Assembly: GCF_009914755.1 (NCBI RefSeq)
Contig: NC_060939.1
DNA: 64,000 nucleotides
Reading direction: 5' to 3' (one strand)
From: the human T2T-CHM13v2.0 reference genome, Homo sapiens
The notes below the pieces were generated by a model. The model made no database searches, was not told where the DNA came from, and saw only the letters and a program-made list of their open reading frames with translations. Position numbers and translations under genes: made by a program. Shown here in pieces: positions 35,081 to 53,030 of the stretch (the first letter of the stretch is position 1; the number at the start of each line of letters is the position of its first letter).

Positions 35081-37989
35081 CATGTGCCCCCTTAATACTC
35101 TGTAGGGACCCCCATTTCTCATGTAGTTTGGTATTACTGAGGAAGGTTGTCTAATGTATGCATAGACATTGAGAAATTCACATGTGTTTTGAACAGAAAA
35201 GAGAAGCAAAGAGGAAGATATTCCAGTAATTTTGCTTATCTGATCACATATGAGAAGGAGAGTGAGATGGGACCCCAAACCCTCTATTCCCTTGATCAAG
35301 TTCTGTTCCAGTATCCTCTCTTAGGGTGAGCAGAATGTGATTCTAATATTCGAAGACTGGTCTTTTCCCATACAACATGACCTAGAAATACAATGCAAAT
35401 AGTCAACTGGTTTTCACCTTAGAATTTGGCTGCTGCCTAAAGTGTAAACCTTGGTACCTGTGTTTATGCCATTTCTTCCCTAGTGGGTTTTAAGCTCTTG
35501 AGTTAGAGAGCCTGCTTTATGCTACCTTTAATTTTCAGCAGCCCGAGTTCTCCCAGATAACCCTGCCCCCTAGGGTTGTTTTGCACCATTCCCAGAGTCC
35601 TTTGATGACTACAGAGCGACTGCTCAGGTTGAGGGGCTAATTCCAATCGTTTTCTTTCCTCCACAGATCCGCCTCCTATCACTGGCATCTAAATTTCTAG
35701 TTAACAAACACAAACTTCTTTTTAAAATTGATTTGCAGCAAACTTCTTTTTTTTTTTTAAAGGAACATGGTGTTACTGTAATGGCTGAGGTTTTCCCAGG
35801 ATGTAAAAATGAAAATATTTCTGAAACTCTTGGTAGTGAGTTAAGAGTATGTTGTAGAGGACGAGGGGTGTCTACTTTCAAGACCAGATAAATCCACCAC
35901 TGGAACTATCATAAAGCACACAGAGAAGATGAGGACTCCAGCCCCGAATGGCAAGGAGTTTTACATAATAAATTAAGACACCCAGAAAGCACATACAAGG
36001 GGATTGGAACCCAGATAATGCTAATTCAGTTGGTGCTCCTGTTTTCAGAAATTTATCTTTCTTGATGAATAGAGTGTGTGCGGATGCTGAATCAATGAAA
36101 TTACTCCAGGTTCTGAGTCTGGGTGACAAGACAATAGCAGTGTCATTGACGTAGGGAAATAACCCACTTGGTGGTCAACATGACATTTCACCCTTGAATG
36201 CTTTGAAACTGAAGTGATGAGACAAGCAAATGGAGACGTTTAGTAGAAAACTGGAATGCAGGAGTGGCCTCCATGACTAGGGGCTGGGAGAGCTGATCTG
36301 GGAATGGGAAGAGGCAACAAGCATTTCCACTTCCTGTTCCCGTCATCTCACCCCACTCCATGACTATATGGGTATTTCTGCAGGGTGAGGATAACTACCA
36401 CAGAACAGAACTCCAGTTAGTAAGGTGGCCAACGCCTAAGTCCACAAGAACCCCTGCTTGTGGCCTAGGAGGCAATGCCACATTTGACCAGGGGAAGGAC
36501 TGCCACACATAGGTGTCAGCCCAGTGCCAGGGGCAGGAACTGACCTCAGGGGCACAGTCCAGTGAAGCCTTTTGAGATGCAGTTCCTAGCGAGCCACTCC
36601 ATGTACTGCCATCGCCTGCCTGTGGTTGTATCAGATGCCCGCAAGGAGGTGCTGCCCACCAGCCTGTCCCGTCACTGAGCGTGACGGATAGTCCGTTTGC
36701 TCCAGTACCTCTGACAGAATCTGCCCTCTGTGTTGTTACTGCCCTGTGTGGTCCAGTAGATGTCACTCCCTAACCTGTCCAGCCTCTCTGTAAATCAGGG
36801 CCGGGGATGAAAGGCCACACACAGCAGTGTGGGTCCACAGGACTCTCCTTGATAAGGAGAGAGACTGGAGAGGTTAAGGGACATCTAAGGGGTATCAGGA
36901 ACCCCAGGAAGCGAAGCCAGATATACCACAGGTAGGAGAAGCAGCCTAACAATATGGACGTTTCCTCATTGCTGCTGAGGGGCATCCTAGAAAACCAAGA
37001 GAATATTTCAAAGTACACTTAAAGAGATCAAATATTAAAAACTTTAGTTCCCAGCCCTTTACCCCCAGCAAAAATGCTAGACAGTGTTAACAAAGCTGTA
37101 TGTTGTTAACAGGAGGAAAGACTAGTTAGTAAAATAGCTACAGCTGTGGCCAGTTCTTGTTCTTGGACACCTATGTTTATATCGGAAAACACTTTTTGAT
37201 GCTGTTCTCTGAAATCAGGCTCCACATATGGAGTGATAAAACAGAAATCCTTTTTTAAACAAAACCGCCTTTGCTACTTCCTAGACAGCCACTAGATAGC
37301 ACCACAGCCTTGCTTCCTCACCCTTTACCCTCACGTGGGACTCAAAGAAGAGCGATTGCATGCAATTGATTAGCTCCATAGTTTCTAATCAGCTGCTCAC
37401 TAGCATGCTTCCTTTATTTACCAGGTTCAGAATATGGGAAAGAGAGGCTGAAGCTACCCCAAGGAAGTTTTGTATAGATTGTTATTGTGAATATATATCA
37501 TGTATCCTGTGTGGGGTGGTAGCATATTTCTGTTTGTATGTAAGGGCTATCAATAAATACACTTCTAAGAAAATTTTTCCTAGAAGTGTAATAATTTGGT
37601 TGGTTGGAGATGCTTGTGGTATCCTCTTTACATTTTACAATATAGATTATCATTCTCTGGAGATTTGCCAAAACCTTCAGGTCTATAATACATCCCTCTG
37701 TGGGGGATAATGATCATCTCAGTCCTTATGTAACAGTTATAGAAAGGCTCATTTGCTTATATCCTGCTCTCCTGTGGGAATCCTACTTGCCTCCAATCTG
37801 ATGTAGCTGACTCTGTAATAAATTAAACCAGAGCTACCCAGTCTTATCATTAACAGGTGCTTTCTGCTTGCTCCTCACACTTGGCCTAAAGGCCCTTGTA
37901 TATAAGTCAGAGATCTTGGCTTCAGGAAGAAATATCAAAATAAAATTTACAGCCTTGGGGGTAGGGGCTGAAGGGGCTGTACCAGGCAC

Positions 37990-38280
37990 TTTTTTTTTTT
38001 TTTTTTTTTTTTTTGAGACAGAGTCTTGCTCTGTCACCCAGGGTAAAGTGCCGGGACGTGATCTCGGTTCACTGCAGCCTCGACCTCCCAGGCTCAGGTG
38101 ATCCGCCCGCCTCAGCCTTCCAACTATAGGCACGCGCCACCATGCCCAGCTAATTTTTTTTTGTAGAGACAGGGTTTTGCCATGTTGCCGAGGCTGGTCT
38201 CGAGCTCCTGGGCTCAAGCAATCCTCCTGCTTTGGCCTCCCAAAATGCTGGGATTACAGGCTGCACCACTGCGCCCGGCC
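37990..38280 (-). mobile_element. Alu (J-like)
   Basis: Alu dimer. Confidence 0.9.
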
Positions 38281-38446
38281 AAAATGCACATCCTCTTTAC
38301 AGGGGAAATTCCCTACTGTAGATAGCTTTGCTTGAATGAGCTCAACTACAGTGCGAATGCTGGGGCTTATTGTGTTGACTGTACGGTCACCACGGTTGCC
38401 GCATCCCGAGGACATGGTCACTTCCTTGACTACCTATCTTGCCTCA
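38281..38446 (-). mobile_element. ERV1 LTR 5' fragment, MER41-like
   Basis: minus strand begins TGAGGCAAGATAGGTAGTCAAGGAAGTGACCATGTCC, recalled as the MER41C/D-type start. Confidence 0.65.
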
Positions 38447-38544
38447 AGTTGAACATTTGAATTGTTCCCACTTGTTGGCTATGATGAATAATGCTACCGT
38501 GAACATTCATGTGCAAGCTTTTGTGTGGAAATATGTTTCCACCC

Positions 38545-39216
<672 letters not shown>

Positions 39217-39934
39217 TCTATGTTTTAATTCTTAGAAGTGACAAGCTGTTTTCCAAAGTGGCTACACCGTTTTACATTCCCACCAGCAGTGAGTGACAGT
39301 GTACCATCATATAACTACTGATACTGCAGGGAGTAAACTCAGGAGTTCAGGCCTCTTTGTGTGAACTGATTTTGCCGCTGCACATGGATACCTGGCACAT
39401 TGTACCAGAGCGCTTACATCTCAGGATTGCCGGGGTGCCTTTGTCTAGAAGCAGATAATTCTGCAAATGTGGACTGCTGACCCAGGATCCACCTATGGAG
39501 AATTCATTATGTAGAACTGAATGAAACCAATGATGAAACTCAGATTGTGTTTTGAAATGTTGTCGGTATTTTTTTTTATGTTCTATGTTCTGCTAGGCAT
39601 ATGAAAAACATCTCTTTAGTCCTTTATGTTCCATCTCTAACTCTCAATTTAGCGGGCTTTAAATGTTCAAACTGAAAGGCACTTTCACCACACATAGTTA
39701 AAGGAACTACCCTAAATCTCCCTGATTATTAGCTTTGTGAGTCTTACCTTGGTTGCTATATTATTTCAGAGGACCCCTCAAAATTCATGAAATGAATAAT
39801 ATTGTATACTTTAGATCATCCAGTTTTCAGAAATGAGAGACTAAATGCCTCAGAATACCTACCCACATTGCCAAACCCCCTTAGAATCCAAGATGTATTA
39901 AATGTTCTGTCTAGGAGGTCAAGACTGTAGAAAA

Positions 39935-39936
<2 letters not shown>

Positions 39937-39985
<49 letters not shown>

Positions 39986-40273
39986 AGACGGAGTGTCTTA
40001 ACTCTGTCGTCCAGGCTGGAGTGCAGTGGCACGATCTTGCCTCACCGCAACCTCCGCCTCCCGGGTTCAAGCAAGCAATTCTCCCACCTCAGCCTCCTGG
40101 GTAGCTAGGATTACAGGCACCCACCACCATGCCCGGCTAATTTTTGTATTTTTAGTAGAGACAGGGTTTCTCCATGTTGGCCAGGCTGGTCTCAAACTCC
40201 TGACCTCAGGTGATCCACCTGCCTTGGCTTCTCAAAGTGCTGGGATTATAGGCATAAGCCACCGCACCTGGCC
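39937..40273 (-). mobile_element. Alu (S-like) with 48-nt homopolymer tail
   Basis: T run 39937-39984 followed by the Alu body. Confidence 0.93.
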
Positions 40274-40448
40274 AGAAAACCTTAAATGGAAAATTTAATC
40301 CAAATGGATAAATTAATATACAGGTAAATTTAAGGATGATGCCTCCAAAAAGTGCAATTTGTTGTAAAATGGGTTATGCTTAGCAAAACAAAAATTTCCT
40401 TAAATTTTTGTTTTCTTATTATAACTATAGTATGCCTGCAAATAATCA

Positions 40449-40747
<299 letters not shown>

Positions 40748-41507
40748 TTACTTGCCTGTGAATGGGAGGGACAAAACTGAGACAAATTAACACACAATTC
40801 TTACTTACCAAGTTGTTTGACATTCCTCAAACACATTGTTGAACAATATGTCTGTAAAATGAAACTGTTCATAGTGCTGTGTCTGAGAATGATTAAACTT
40901 TAAGCACCTCCTATAGATAGACTTTGATTTTATTCTACTCTTGGACTCTGGTTTAGTAGGGGACTGAAGAAAATTTTTGGTTATACTATAACCAGGAGCA
41001 AGAGGTCAAAGACATAGAAATAATTAAGGATTATGAATAAGGGTCAGCAACATAGATAGTCTCAAATGCTATCGATAAGATGAAAGGGATTAAGGTGGTG
41101 GCTGCAGAATATCTTTCCTTGGAGAAAGTACATATTGTACTTGTTTTTACTGTTTCACACCAGTTTTTGCCAAACTTCCTATACTTTGCAAATATTCTTG
41201 AAATGCTTCCAACAAAACATGTGTCTGATGAAAAAGACTTTGATCATGGACATCCTTTTACTTTGGTATAAAGATGACTTCCCTTTGAACACCTGTCACT
41301 CCTCTCAACCATCCTATTACAGATGAAGGCCTCAAGTCAGTGCTTCACTGGAAATAATTTTGGACTTACTTCCCCTACCTTTTGCAAAAATATCCCTCAC
41401 TAATTCCACTATTTGTTTTTTTTTTCCTCTTCTGGGTTTAACATAAAAATTAGCCCCTAGAAGAAATATGTGGTTCCGTTGGTACCATAATTTAACCACT
41501 CCTCTGA

Positions 41508-42261
<754 letters not shown>

Positions 42262-43174
42262 TGAAGTTTACTGAGAAGATAACGTGCTGTCATCAGGGAC
42301 TTGGAAGAACTATTGTTCAAACTGAATTGTTAAACTGGCTTCCACATGTAAGTGATGCTTGTGAAAATGAGGGTGAGAACAAACAGCTAGCCAAGGGCCT
42401 GTCCACCCCTCCTGGCGCCAGCTGATGATAGATGGCCCACCCCAAGGAGCAGAACAGCCTGCCCTGGAAATGCAGATCAGTTTCCACCACTTTGAAACCT
42501 TTACTGGCTGTCAGCCTAGCAGGCGTCACATCTTCCGCATGGGGAGACAGCAGGCTGAGACGCAGGAGGATGCTTAGCCTTAGGCCCTGAAGGTCAGGGC
42601 AAGACTCTGCCTCCTGGAACTTAACCCTGAGCTGAGGTTAAAGCATCCTCTGCAATCCAGCTGAGGGGTCAGGTTTCTGGACAGCTCAGCCAGTATTCCC
42701 TACCCTCTAGCATCCATCACAATTTAGGGAAAAAGTTCTCCTTCATACTGGTGTTTTACCTTATTTAGCAGAAAAGCCAACTGGTTGACCCCAGGTGGAA
42801 ATCTCCCATGTTTAAAGGGCCTGGACTTTGTCATTACACAATTGGCTCCTTCTGATAGTAGTTTCTAAAATCCTTTGCTTTTTCACTCCTTGTAGAACCT
42901 TAATGCGTTTTGATAAAAACTTGAGGTCCCAGTGACTAGCTCAAGATCACACAGCTGGTCAGTAGCAAAGATGGACAGGACTAGAAGTTAGTTCTGCTGC
43001 CATGTTATTTACTTATCCAATAAACCATTTTTAAACATGCAGAATGTATGTATTAGTTACAGTACAGAGTAAGTTTCTGTAACAGGGAGATCCCCAAACT
43101 TTTCCTGTACATAACACTTTCAGAAGCTGATAGGTGGTCCAGGGCAGGTAGGCTGCTCAGCTACCTGAGGTTAA

Positions 43175-43508
<334 letters not shown>

Positions 43509-43511
43509 GCA

Positions 43512-44067
<556 letters not shown>

Positions 44068-44721
44068 TCATATCTGTGTTCCAGAAAGAGGAATGAGGAA
44101 GTGGAGGGGTTGAATTTTCTCACAAAAACATGATCCACAGGTAGAAATAGTGCAGCATAGTCACACAATAGAATACTACGCTACAACAAGAATGAATGAA
44201 CCACAACTACACACAACGCGGATGAATCTCACAAGTATAATGTAGAGCAAAAGAAGCTGACACAAAAGATTGCATATTGATTGATTACATTTATATAAAG
44301 TATAAAAACAGACAAAATTAATCTATGGTATTAAAAGTCAGGTTGCCTTTGTAAGGGATAGTGACAAGAGAAGACTTCTGAGATCTGGAAATGTTCTATT
44401 TCTTTTTCTTTTTTTCTTTTAGAGACAGGGTCTTACTCTGTTGCTTAGGCTGGAGTACAGGATGCAATGGTGCAATTGTTTTATTTGTTGATCTGGATGG
44501 CATATGTTCCCATGCATGAGTGTGTCCACATGTGAAAATTCACTAAGCTTACCATTTGTGTACTTTCCTATATGTATACTCCAACAAAAAAAAGTTTGTA
44601 TAAATTTCAAAAAAAAAAAAATAGTGATTCTGAAGTTGCAATCACTTCTCAGGTCTCTTTCGGCCAAAACTTAGAGGACCACTTATGACTGCAGGGAATC
44701 TGGGAAATGCAGGTTCATTAA

Positions 44722-45025
44722 TTTTTTTAATTAATTAATTTATTTATTTATTTTAAGATGGAGTCTTGCTCTGTCACCCAGGCTGGAGTACAATGGCGTG
44801 ATCTCAGCTCACGCCACCTCCCAGGTTCAAGCGATTCTCCTGCCTCAGCCTCCTGAGTAGCTGGGATTACAGGTGCACGCCACCATGCCTGGCTAATTTG
44901 TATTTTTAGGAGAGATGGGGTATCACCATGTTGGCCAGGCTGGTCTTGAACTCCTGACCTCGTGATCCGACCACCTCGGCCTCCCAAAGTGCTGGGATTA
45001 TAGGCATGAACCACCACGCCTGGCC
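44722..45025 (-). mobile_element. Alu (S-like)
   Basis: Alu dimer. Confidence 0.92.
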
Positions 45026-46659
45026 TGGGAACTGCAGTTTCCAGTTGGGTGGCCATATGCCTCTAAAATTTAGAGGATTCTCTTATTAAAAGGAAGAAGG
45101 GAAGAATGTAATCTAGGGGGAAATTAGCAGGCTGTGCTACAGTCCACACAGCAGCACAGGCCCATGACAGTTATCAAATCCTGCTGGGCATGAGCTGTGA
45201 AGACCTCCACCCTGGCAGTAGAGTAAGTTCTTTGGTTAGCCCACCTGGCTGCCCTTGCTACTGTTTTCTGGGAATAACTCCCTTGACCTTAGTTCTCTGT
45301 ATTATCTGAGTTTACTCTCAGATAGGTTATTCGTTTACTATAGAGCATGGTCACACCTTTTTGTCCTTCTTCCCTTTTGCTTTTTTTTCTGCTTGGAACT
45401 TGGATATAATGGCAGGAGCTGCATCAGCCATCTAGGGGCCATGAGGGAGTCTTAGAAACCTCAGCCCTGATTTCCTTGGTCTTACGACATTAATAACTGG
45501 CTACTTCTGACATTCTTCTATGAGAAAATAAACTCTTATGGTTTAAACCACTGACATTGGGTCTTTGTTACCCAGAGCCAAACACAATTCTCAACTGATA
45601 TGGAAGGCCTCCCTAAGAAGATGACATTTAAGCTGAGGCTTGAAGGGTTAGCAGGTGGCAGATACCAGAATAGCAGAGGAAAACCAAAAGCCCTTTCCAC
45701 TCCACTACACTGCTGACTGTCTATCATCCTCTAGGTAGGGAGATAAGAGACTGGAGAAGTCAGGAGAGGAGATTTCAAGGTGGGATTGATTGGCCAGGAA
45801 TGATAGTGATGCTGTGAGGAAAGGAGGGCTTGGTGATGTGCTCTCATCTCCATGTGTACGTTTCCTTCATGGCACTTGTCACACAGAAGTTGTGATGACA
45901 TGATGAACACCCGTCTGTCTGTTCTGCTAGACTGGAGTCTCCATGAGGGCAGGGACAATCCTTTCGACTGTTTATCACTGGCATAATGCCTGGCACATGG
46001 CAACCATGGAACAAGTTATTGGATAGGCCGTAGTAGAAAGAGCTAGGGTAAGAGGAGGGAGAGAAAAGACACAGAAGCAGAAGAGTGGAAAACCTGGGAT
46101 TGTGCAGGCTCCTTGTTAAGGGGACACCATCCCATTAGAGCACCACAACACTCCTCAGAGGCAGACAAGGGGGATTGTGGTCAAATGGTTCCTTCAGGCA
46201 CCCACATGGCATGGGCTGTCCAGCTCACAGCCTGTCTCTCCTGGCTACCCAACAGGCATGATGAGCTCTGAGTTGGCTATCAGTGGTACCCCCCTCCCTA
46301 GCCATAACAATTGATCCAAGACATAGGTACATGACTCAGGCTGGACAATTAGAGTCCTTTCCAAGAATTTTTAAACAAGAGCTAAGAAAAGTAGCTACTT
46401 CCTCTGCAGCTATGAGAGCATGAGCCTGGGTTTCCTATCATCTGGTCAAGCTTCCCGGAGGTGGCCAGCCTGGGGTAATGAGCCTGGCACCCAGAGAAAA
46501 GCAGGGAAAGAGCCACAGAAACAAAGCACTACGGGTCGTCAAATCCCTGGTTCCCGTATGCCTCAGGTCAGCTCCACCCTGCCCTTCCTAGTTTATGAGC
46601 CAATAAATTCCTTTTGTGTTTAAGAGAGTTAGTGTTGAGCTTCTCTCTTGAAATCTATC

Positions 46660-47700
<1,041 letters not shown>

Positions 47701-47888
47701 CATTACAAAATGAGGAGGAGCTGGAGTTCCAGGCAGCCCCTAGATTCCCTGTTGGGTCTTCTTTCCTCTGCCCCATGCACACACAGTACACACTGTTGAC
47801 TAATGTTTAACTCATAGAGGAGTTTGGGCTTGACATGTGACCTCACTCAGCCTCTGTTTCATTTGTGAAGTAAGAAATAAGAGTGGGC

Positions 47889-48228
<340 letters not shown>

Positions 48229-48743
48229 CTAAACCAACAATGATTGCCTAAGATGCACGGAGCCAGTTGGTGGAAAAGTCCATAGACTATCAGAGTTGAA
48301 TGGTGCTGGTCAGGTGGGAGGAGCACCTCATTCCTGCTTCCCCATCAAGTTACTTGCCTTGGCCTGCTTCCTACTCTCTGGGTCACTGGTGCTCACACAG
48401 CCTTTCCCAACCCCCACCTCCAAAGGTCATATTTTACAGCTCCTTGTGAGGAATTCACATCATGCCATGACCTTCACTATGAGAAAGCACAGGCTGTAAA
48501 AGGCCAGCCTGGCTCCCTGCTCCGTGGTTAAATATTGATGATATTGGGCAATAGAGACCTGGAGTGGGCACACTACATATCCCCCTGCAGTGATGGAACC
48601 CACAGACCGCAGGTCCTCTGCAGTCCATTCTCCTGCCTGTCCAGAGGATCCGGATGTTTTCTCTTTACTTGAGGCCAACACATAACAATGAAAGCACTGG
48701 GCTACTGGTGCTTTCGGATTGTGAAAGTCAGGTGGAGCCTGTT

Positions 48744-48781
48744 TGCACTCTGAGTGCACTCATTCAAGAGGTCAGTCACCC
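48744..48781 (+). promoter_or_regulatory. SLC51B proximal promoter nuclear-receptor elements: IR1 (FXR/RXR) plus DR5-like repeat
   Basis: AGGTCAgTCACCC at 48769-48781; TGCACTctgagTGCACT at 48744-48760; OST-beta is an established FXR target. Confidence 0.8.
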
Positions 48782-48799
48782 TGGAGTGATACAGAAGGC

Positions 48800-49018
48800 T
48801 CCAGGCCTGGGCGTGTGCTAAGGCCAGAGCTACCAGATGGGTCCAGCTGCCGCAGGCTCTCCAGGCACTGTCCCCTAAGTGACAGCTGTTACTGCCTGGG
48901 AGAGCTCAAGTGCAAAGACTATCCTGTTCTCCCATAAAGAGGAGGAAAAGGAAGATACAGAAATCGGTGCTGCTCCCAACAGCAGATCAAGGCAGTCGTC
49001 AGGAACTCAGGATCCGGG
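48800..49018 (+). other. SLC51B: SLC51B non-coding exon 1 (5' end approximate)
   Basis: directly downstream of the IR1; strong donor GGG|gtgagt at 49019; TSS not determinable from sequence alone. Confidence 0.7.
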
Positions 49019-49319
49019 GTGAGTGTCCTCATCTTGCCTTGGGGATGGGTGGCCCAGGTCTTTGGCAGAAGTCACAGTCCAATGGCACGATGGTTAAGCC
49101 CTGTTTAAAATGCAGAGATCTCCCAGAGGGGCTTAAGGAGACAAGACAACTAAATGCAGTATGACATCCTAAATGGGATCCTGGAACAAGAAAAGAACAT
49201 TAAAGGCAAAACTAACAAAATGCAAATAAGGCATAAAGTTTAATTTAATCATGCAAATGACAATATGATGCTCACTTTAGAAGCAAACTGGATACGTGCT
49301 TTGATAGAAATATGTCTTT

Positions 49320-49915
<596 letters not shown>

Positions 49916-50055
49916 AAGAAATATGTCGCTTGTTTCTGTGGCATCTAACATAGCTGAGGAGGGCTGACTCTCGGTTCTGGATTTGTATCCAATTTGTCAT
50001 TTTGGTTTTTTGTTGGTTGGTATGTGTTTATTGTAACAATATTAAACATATTTTA

Positions 50056-50392
<337 letters not shown>

Positions 50393-50509
50393 TTACCTGC
50401 GTCTTTGTACACTGATCTGATTAGTTCCATTAATTAAATATCAAAAATTGGAATTGTTGTCTCAAAAGGTATAAGTACAATAATACCTACATTTAAAAAT
50501 GCATACAAA

Positions 50510-50926
<417 letters not shown>

Positions 50927-51198
50927 CTAAATCTCATCCCACACCCTAGAAGAAGACTGTGTTTGGTTTCTCAACTTCAATACTTTTCTTTGTGAGTTCA
51001 GGGGTTTGCATATGGCACAGGGGCCTGTGGCTGATGTTACTAATCAATCCAGGCACTCTTACATCTGAGACTGGATGGAATGTCACAATCCTTCTTGGAC
51101 AGTGCTCTGGACAGTCAGTTGGAGCTAGAACACAAGATCACATCTGTTGGCCATTCTTGTAACTTTGTCTTTCCATGATTTTAGATGGGTAGGTAGGC

Positions 51199-51230
51199 AG
51201 ATAGATAGATAGACAGATAGATCGATAGAT

Positions 51231-51268
<38 letters not shown>
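51199..51268. repeat. (GATA)n tetranucleotide microsatellite
   Basis: interrupted AGAT array. Confidence 0.95.
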
Positions 51269-51327
51269 ATCTCCCTCAAATGAGTAAGTAGGCAGTGTGC
51301 ATGTGAGTCCTTGAAAGTCTAAGAAAG

Positions 51328-51627
51328 GGCCAGGCACGGTGGCTCAGGCCTGTATTCCTAGCATTTTGGGAGGCCGAGGCGAGTGGATTACCTGATGTCA
51401 CGAGTTCAAGACCAGCCTGGGAAACATGAGGAAACCCCATCATTACTAAAAATACAAAAATTAGCCTGGCGTGGTGGCATGCCCTGTAGTCCCACTACTT
51501 GGGAGGCAGAGGCACAAATGAGAACCGCTTGGACCCAGGAGGCATAGGTTGCAGTGAGCTGAGATCACGTCACTGCACTCCAGCCTGGGCGACAGAGCAA
51601 GACTCCGTCTCAAAAGAAAAAAAAAAA
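51328..51627 (+). mobile_element. Alu (S-like)
   Basis: Alu dimer; TSD aaagtctaagaaagg. Confidence 0.93.
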
Positions 51628-52145
51628 GTCTAAGAAAGGTCTTTTTTTCTCCCTGACTTCCATCTCCACCTTGGCATATGAATGATCATTCACATATGAA
51701 AAGCTTAAGTCAGTATTGTATTTGTGTCAAAATATTTTCCCTTGCAATTTGTAGATATGCCTTTTTAGTTTTCTCAGAGCATTTAGTGCTAGAGGAAACT
51801 CTGATGTAAAGCTAGTCCTTTTGTTGATACTCCAATTTTCTGTCTGGCTGTTTGCCATCTAGCTGTTTTTGAATGCCCCTGGCTAAGTGTCCAAAGGCTA
51901 TTTGGGGCTGAGATTGTTGAGCACCTAAGGCAGTGACAGAGTGTGAGGGGACCTGAGAATGCTTCGATCCTCCCTGTACACTTTTTTTCTTGGTGCCCTA
52001 TGGCATGTTTTATAATTGATCTGTTCAAAACACTTCTCTTGTTTTATTTTAGTTACGTTTATCTCCATTCCTACTCCCTTCCTCCTCCTCCCCAAGACAC
52101 AGCTTAATGTGTTTAATGCGTGTCCTTTTAAAAAAATGTGTTATT

Positions 52146-52495
<350 letters not shown>

Positions 52496-52859
52496 TCAAA
52501 ATTAATTTTACCTATTTCTTTTTGTTTTGTAAAGTATGGATGCTAGAAAATTTTATATTAAGTAGTAATAATGCAGTTAGTACAAGAAGACGTCAAAATG
52601 TCTGACTGTTTTGAGATTGACTGAGGTTCAGTTTATTATTAATAGTTGGGATGGAAATAGGCCTACACGAAGTAAGGGATTTATCCAGAGAGCATGGATT
52701 CAAGTTCTTCCCTTGCAAATAACAGAAACCAATTCTGCTAACTTGTCCAAAAAAAAAAAAAAAAGAAAAAAAAAGCTCTCGGGGTCGGGGCAGGGGGTGC
52801 CCTCTCAGCATCAGGAGCCGGCAGCTGCCTTTCCCTCCGGCACTTTTCCCTTTTCTCCT

Positions 52860-53030
52860 CTCTGTGTCGTAGGCGTGCCAATCCCCAGGAGAGAGGCGTG
52901 ATAGGCCCAGCCTTTGACATGTGGGGAAACACAGGCCTGTGATTGGCTACCGCATGACACCCAAGGGACAAGTTGCTATGGCAACGCGTGGGCGCGCTGT
53001 GGGCTCGTAGAAGCCAGGTGCGGACGCTGA
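52860..53030 (+). promoter_or_regulatory. Candidate internal promoter in SLC51B intron 1 (RFX X-box plus CCAAT boxes)
   Basis: GTTGCTATGGCAAC 52972-52985; CCAAT 52878-52882; ATTGG 52942-52946; local CpG enrichment. Confidence 0.55.

Noticed and set aside
51679-51692. 14-bp palindrome TGAATGATCATTCA
   Set aside because: A few palindromes of this length are expected by chance in 64 kb; no supporting context.
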